From an uncultured Chloroflexia bacterium (GTDB lineage: Bacteria; Chloroflexota; Dehalococcoidia; DSTF01; JALHUB01): a stretch of 64,000 nt of DNA. The position numbers and the translations under genes are program-made. The notes beneath the pieces were generated by a model that ran no database searches, had not been told where the DNA came from, and saw only the letters and a program-made list of their open reading frames with translations. Below are positions 60,192-64,000 of the stretch, in pieces; the first letter of the stretch is position 1; each line of letters starts with the position of its first letter. The stretch covers positions 32,001 to 96,000 of the forward strand of contig CAVSBT010000017.1 in assembly GCA_963726245.1 (NCBI GenBank). Direction: 5' to 3'.

Positions 60192-61505
60192 ATGGAAGCC
60201 GCCCGCCCACAGACAGCGAAGCGGCCCGACGCGGGCCGCGCGCCGGCGCCCGAGGCCGGCGCTGACGCCATGGCCGCGGCGCTGCCTTTCCTCTTCGCCA
60301 TCCGCTGGGGCGCCTGGGCCGTGGCCCTGGTCCTGGTCGCCTTCGGCGACCTGCCGGAACAGAACACCGTCCACGAACCGGTCCTGCTGTGGCTGACGGC
60401 CTTCCAGGTGCTGGTCGGGACCCTCTACGTCCCGCTCCTGCGGCCGCGCGTGCGCAGGGCCTTCGGTCGCGGCTGGGGCCCCAACGACGACGTCATCGTC
60501 CTCGGCCTCGTCGACGTGGCAGCCGTTATGGCTGTTCTCTACTTCAGCGGCGGCTGGCGGACGCCCTACTATCACTATGCGGTGGCGTCGCTGATGGTGC
60601 CCGCTTACCTTCTCGGCTGGCGGCGGACAGGCCTGCTCCTGGCCGGCTTCTTCGCTGCCTACTTCGCCATCCTGTCCACCGCCGGCCAGGGCACCGACGG
60701 CCCGTGGCTGCACCAGGACCGGAGCAGTCTGGCCGGCATTGTCATCACGCCTATCCTGGTCGCCGTCGTGGTGCGTTATCTGTCGAGCCTGACCCGCCGG
60801 CTGAGCGAGCAGCGGGAGCAGGCCCGCCGCGCCCTGGAGGAGAACGTGCGCCTTCAGAAGGAGCGGGAGGAGCTGGCGGCCCTGGAAGAACGCAGCCGCA
60901 TCGCCCGCGAAATCCACGACGGCATCGCCCAGTCGATATACATGCTGTCCCTGAATCTGGAGAAGGCGGCGGACGTGGCCAGTGACGACCAGAAGCTGGG
61001 GCCGCGCCTGAAAGGGCTGGTCGCCCTGGCCAAGGAGGCCTTGCTTGAGGTTCGCCACTACATCTTTGACCTCAAGCCGCTCCTTTCGGGAGACGCCGGC
61101 CTCACGAGCACCATAGAGGGCCAGATCCGGGAGTTCAGCGCCGTCTCCGGCCTGCCTGTGCAATTGAAGGTGGAAGGGGAGGAGCGGAAGGTGCCCATCG
61201 CGGTGGGCAGCTCACTCTATCGCATCGTCCAGGAGGCGCTGGCCAACGTCTACCGTCACGCGGACGCCTCGAAGATCGATGTCCGCCTGACGTTCTGCGA
61301 GGACTCGGTGTCGCTGGAGATCAGGGATGACGGCCGCGGCTTTGCCATCGATCCGGCTCAGCCCGCCTCCGCGGGTGGCCGTGGCATCAGCAACATCTAT
61401 CAGCGGACCAGCGAGCTGGGGGGCCAGCTCGACGTGACGAGCGCGCCCGAGAAGGGCACGACGGTGCGGGTGACGTTGCCCGCTGCGAACGAGGGACGAG
61501 CATGA
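60192..61505 (+). CDS. Membrane sensor histidine kinase (HisKA_3)
   Basis: ERSRIAREIHDGIAQ, RIVQEALANV, IRDDGRGF, GTTV. Confidence 0.93.
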   Translation: MEAARPQTAKRPDAGRAPAPEAGADAMAAALPFLFAIRWGAWAVALVLVAFGDLPEQNTVHEPVLLWLTAFQVLVGTLYVPLLRPRVRRAFGRGWGPNDDVIVLGLVDVAAVMAVLYFSGGWRTPYYHYAVASLMVPAYLLGWRRTGLLLAGFFAAYFAILSTAGQGTDGPWLHQDRSSLAGIVITPILVAVVVRYLSSLTRRLSEQREQARRALEENVRLQKEREELAALEERSRIAREIHDGIAQSIYMLSLNLEKAADVASDDQKLGPRLKGLVALAKEALLEVRHYIFDLKPLLSGDAGLTSTIEGQIREFSAVSGLPVQLKVEGEERKVPIAVGSSLYRIVQEALANVYRHADASKIDVRLTFCEDSVSLEIRDDGRGFAIDPAQPASAGGRGISNIYQRTSELGGQLDVTSAPEKGTTVRVTLPAANEGRA

Positions 61506-62182
61506 GCGAACAACCGCAGCCGCTGCGAATCCTTGTCGTCGATGACCATGCCGTTGTGCGGAAGGGCCTGCAGTCCGTTCTGGAGGACGAGGAGGGTCTG
61601 GAGGTGGTCGGCGAGGCCGCCAGCGCCTCCGAGTCGATGACCAAGGCCAGGGTTCTGCGGCCGGACGTGGTTCTCATGGACATCCGTATGGGGGAAGGCG
61701 ACGACGCCAGCGGCATCGATGCCTGCCGCCAGATCCGCAGCGAGCTGCCCGATACCCAGGTCATCATGTTCACCTCGTACGGCCAGAGGGAGGCGGTGCT
61801 GGCATCCATCATGGCCGGGGCGAGGGGCTTTCTGACCAAGAACGTAAGCCATGCGGAGCTCGTGGCGGCGATCCGGGCTGTCGGACAGGGCAAATCCCTG
61901 CTCGATCCCAGCGTCACCCGGGACGTCATCGAGCGCCTGGCCGAGCTCAGCAAGGCGTCCGCCGGGCCCGAGGGCGCCCTCTCGGAACGCGAGAAGGAGG
62001 TCCTCCTCCTCATAGCGCACGGGTGCACCAACAAGGAGATAGCTGCCCGGCTGTTCCTCAGCCCTTACACCGCCCGCAACCACGTGATCCGCATCCTCGA
62101 CAAGCTGGGGCTCTCCCGCCGGTCCGAGGCTGCCGTCCAGGCAGTCAGACTGGGTCTGGTGGAGGAGAGCGACGAGCGCTGA
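61502..62182 (+). CDS. NarL/LuxR-family response regulator
   Basis: VVDDH, VLMDIRM, FLTK, LSEREKEVL...NKEIAARLFLS. Confidence 0.95.
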   Translation: MSEQPQPLRILVVDDHAVVRKGLQSVLEDEEGLEVVGEAASASESMTKARVLRPDVVLMDIRMGEGDDASGIDACRQIRSELPDTQVIMFTSYGQREAVLASIMAGARGFLTKNVSHAELVAAIRAVGQGKSLLDPSVTRDVIERLAELSKASAGPEGALSEREKEVLLLIAHGCTNKEIAARLFLSPYTARNHVIRILDKLGLSRRSEAAVQAVRLGLVEESDER

Positions 62183-62315
62183 GTAGCGCTGCTCCTCAAT
62201 CGCCCTCGCCGCAATCCCTTAATCAGAACTTAGTACTTGGCCGTTATCCTGCCTCTTAGTGGACGCTCTCAGCGACCCTGTGCCTCTCCTTCACATAAAA
62301 GTGTTATCATGAAAG

Positions 62316-62945
62316 GTGATGAGGAAATCAGAACCGACAGCGGAATCACCTTCGCGAGTCCAGCGGCGGCAGAAGCGCAACCGCGCGGCGCTGGTCAAAG
62401 CCGCGCGCCGGCTGTTCGCCCAAAACGGCTTCGAGGCCACAACAATCGCCGACATCGCGGAGGCCGCCGACCTGGGCTTCGGCACCTTCTACCTCTACTT
62501 CACGAACAAGGAGGCGCTCTTGGAGGCCGCTCTCGACGATGGCGTCGCCGAGATTGCGGAGGCGCTCCAGGCGCCGGAGATCGCTGCTATGCCTGCCGAA
62601 GAGGCGCTGGTCACGGTCAGCACACGCTACATCCGGCTCATCCGCTCGCACCGCAGCCTGCTGGCGCTAACCGTGCAGCATCTGCCCAGCCGAGGACCTG
62701 GCGGCCGTCCGCTGGCGGAGCTACTCAATCGGGTATTTGAAGGAATCATTCAGCGCGGTGTGAGTGAGGGGGCTTTCGCCGTCGGCGATGCCCGGGTCGC
62801 CGCCCGGGCGATCGCCGGCATGCACATTCAGTTGTTGTTCTCAGCCGAGAGCGGCTTGGCAGAAGAGCCGCTGCTGCAAACGCTACCGGCGCTGGCGCTC
62901 GGCGGTTTGCGTCACGCGGGAGACGGAAAGAGGCAGGGAGCCTGA
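62316..62945 (+). CDS. TetR-family transcriptional regulator
   Basis: AARRLFAQNGFEATTIADIAEAADLGFGTFYLYFTNKEAL. Confidence 0.93.
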   Translation: MMRKSEPTAESPSRVQRRQKRNRAALVKAARRLFAQNGFEATTIADIAEAADLGFGTFYLYFTNKEALLEAALDDGVAEIAEALQAPEIAAMPAEEALVTVSTRYIRLIRSHRSLLALTVQHLPSRGPGGRPLAELLNRVFEGIIQRGVSEGAFAVGDARVAARAIAGMHIQLLFSAESGLAEEPLLQTLPALALGGLRHAGDGKRQGA

Positions 62946-63081
62946 ATGAGCCACCTGAAGCGCGCTGTCTTAATCAAAACTTAGCATTTGGCCTTTATCC
63001 TGCGCCTTGGCGGGGGAGTATCAGCCAGAATGCGCGCCTGCGAAGGCTGCCGGTCCTCGCCATCCTGAGAGAGGTGAAGCA

Positions 63082-64000
63082 ATGAGTGAGCCGGAGAACG
63101 ACTACGCCGATCTGCTGGACGGCACCGAACACCGCGGGCGCAAGCGGCTGATTGCTCTGGTGGCGCTCGTACTCCTGGTCGTGGGGGGCGCCTACGCCCT
63201 CTGGGCCATGGTGCTGAGCGGCGGAGGCTCGGCGACGGCGGCAGTGCAGACGGCGACGGTGGCGACAGGCTCGATCTCGAAGACGGTGAGCACCACCGGC
63301 ACCGTCGCTGCGCAGTCGACGTCAAGTCTCTCGTTCGAGCAGTCCGGAAAGGTTACGGCCGTCAACGTCAGGCTTGGGCAAGAGGTCAAGCAGGGAGACG
63401 TGCTCGCCGAGGTCGATTCAACGTCGCTCCAGCAGGCCTTGACCACGGCACAGGTGAACCTCTCCGGCGCTCAGACCAAGCTAACCAGCTACTGGAGGGC
63501 AGCACCGCATCTACGCTGGCATCTGCTGACCAGAGCCTGACGCAGGCGCAGATCAGCTACGATGAGGCGGTCCGTGCCCTCCAGGATCTCCAGACCCCCC
63601 TACCGCCAGCGAACAGCTCGCTGCCCAACAGGCGGTGACCTCGGCGCAGGCGCAGCTCGATCAGGCAAAGCTTGCCCTGAGCGATCTGACGGCCGCCCCT
63701 ACCGGCAGCACCAAGCTCACTGCTGAACAGGGGGTGACTTCGGCGCAGGCGCAACTCGACCAGGCCAACCGCGCCCTGAGCGATCTCCAGGCCCCTCCTA
63801 CCGCCAGCGACCAGCTCGCTGCCCAGGGGGCCGTGACCTCGGCGCAGGCGCAGCTCGTTTCGGCGCAGTCCGCGCGTGCGCAGTTGGACTCGACCAGCTC
63901 GGACGCCATTACCGTCGCCGAAGCAGCCGTCACGAAGGCGCAGAATGCGCTGGACAACGCCGAACGCACGGCCTACAACGCCGCCGACAGCCTCAAGTCG
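63082..64000 (+). CDS. HlyD/RND efflux membrane-fusion (adaptor) protein, partial, with indels
   Basis: TM anchor, GSISKTVSTTGTV, SGKVTAVNVRLGQEVKQGDVLA lipoyl-like motif, long coiled coil. Confidence 0.85.
63576..63860 (+). repeat. Three 99-bp (33-aa) tandem repeats in the adaptor coiled coil
   Basis: gccctgagcgatct at 63674 and 63773; gtgac(c/t)tcggcgcaggcgca(g/a)ctcg three times. Confidence 0.85.

Noticed and set aside
639-63600. Numerous frameshifts suggesting pseudogenes or programmed frameshifting
   Set aside because: They hit housekeeping genes (valS, fabF, dapB, purH) at scattered positions, with motifs intact on both sides. This is typical of uncorrected long-read indels.

Overview
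High-GC bacterial chromosomal segment, most consistent with Chloroflexota/Dehalococcoidia (inferred from the acVLRF1 release factor, CxxC-x17-CxxC zinc ribbon and DUF5671-like membrane protein). Many genes, including housekeeping ones (fabF, purH, valS, dapB, rpsP), are split by single-base indels. I read these as long-read/assembly errors, so the gene spans below are joined across frames. Housekeeping content: folC-fabF-galE, purF-purM-purH, valS, dapB, purA-mug-ffh-rpsP-khpA-rimM, rpsU, dnaJ-prmA-rsmE, tRNA-Arg(UCG) and tRNA-Lys(UUU). Accessory content: a fused Type IIG-like restriction-modification gene, a LarA-like gene, acVLRF1, many GTAG/GTAA-type REP palindromes (some in frame inside genes), and a small islet at tRNA-Lys. 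The main locus is 19.5-27.9 kb. It holds an archaeal-style nurA-herA-mre11(sbcD)-rad50(sbcC) operon, then a strong sigma70-type promoter driving a ~460-nt, highly structured, apparently non-coding region that I cannot assign to a known RNA class. That region converges on tRNA-Arg, which is followed by an unannotated 36-aa acidic peptide gene.
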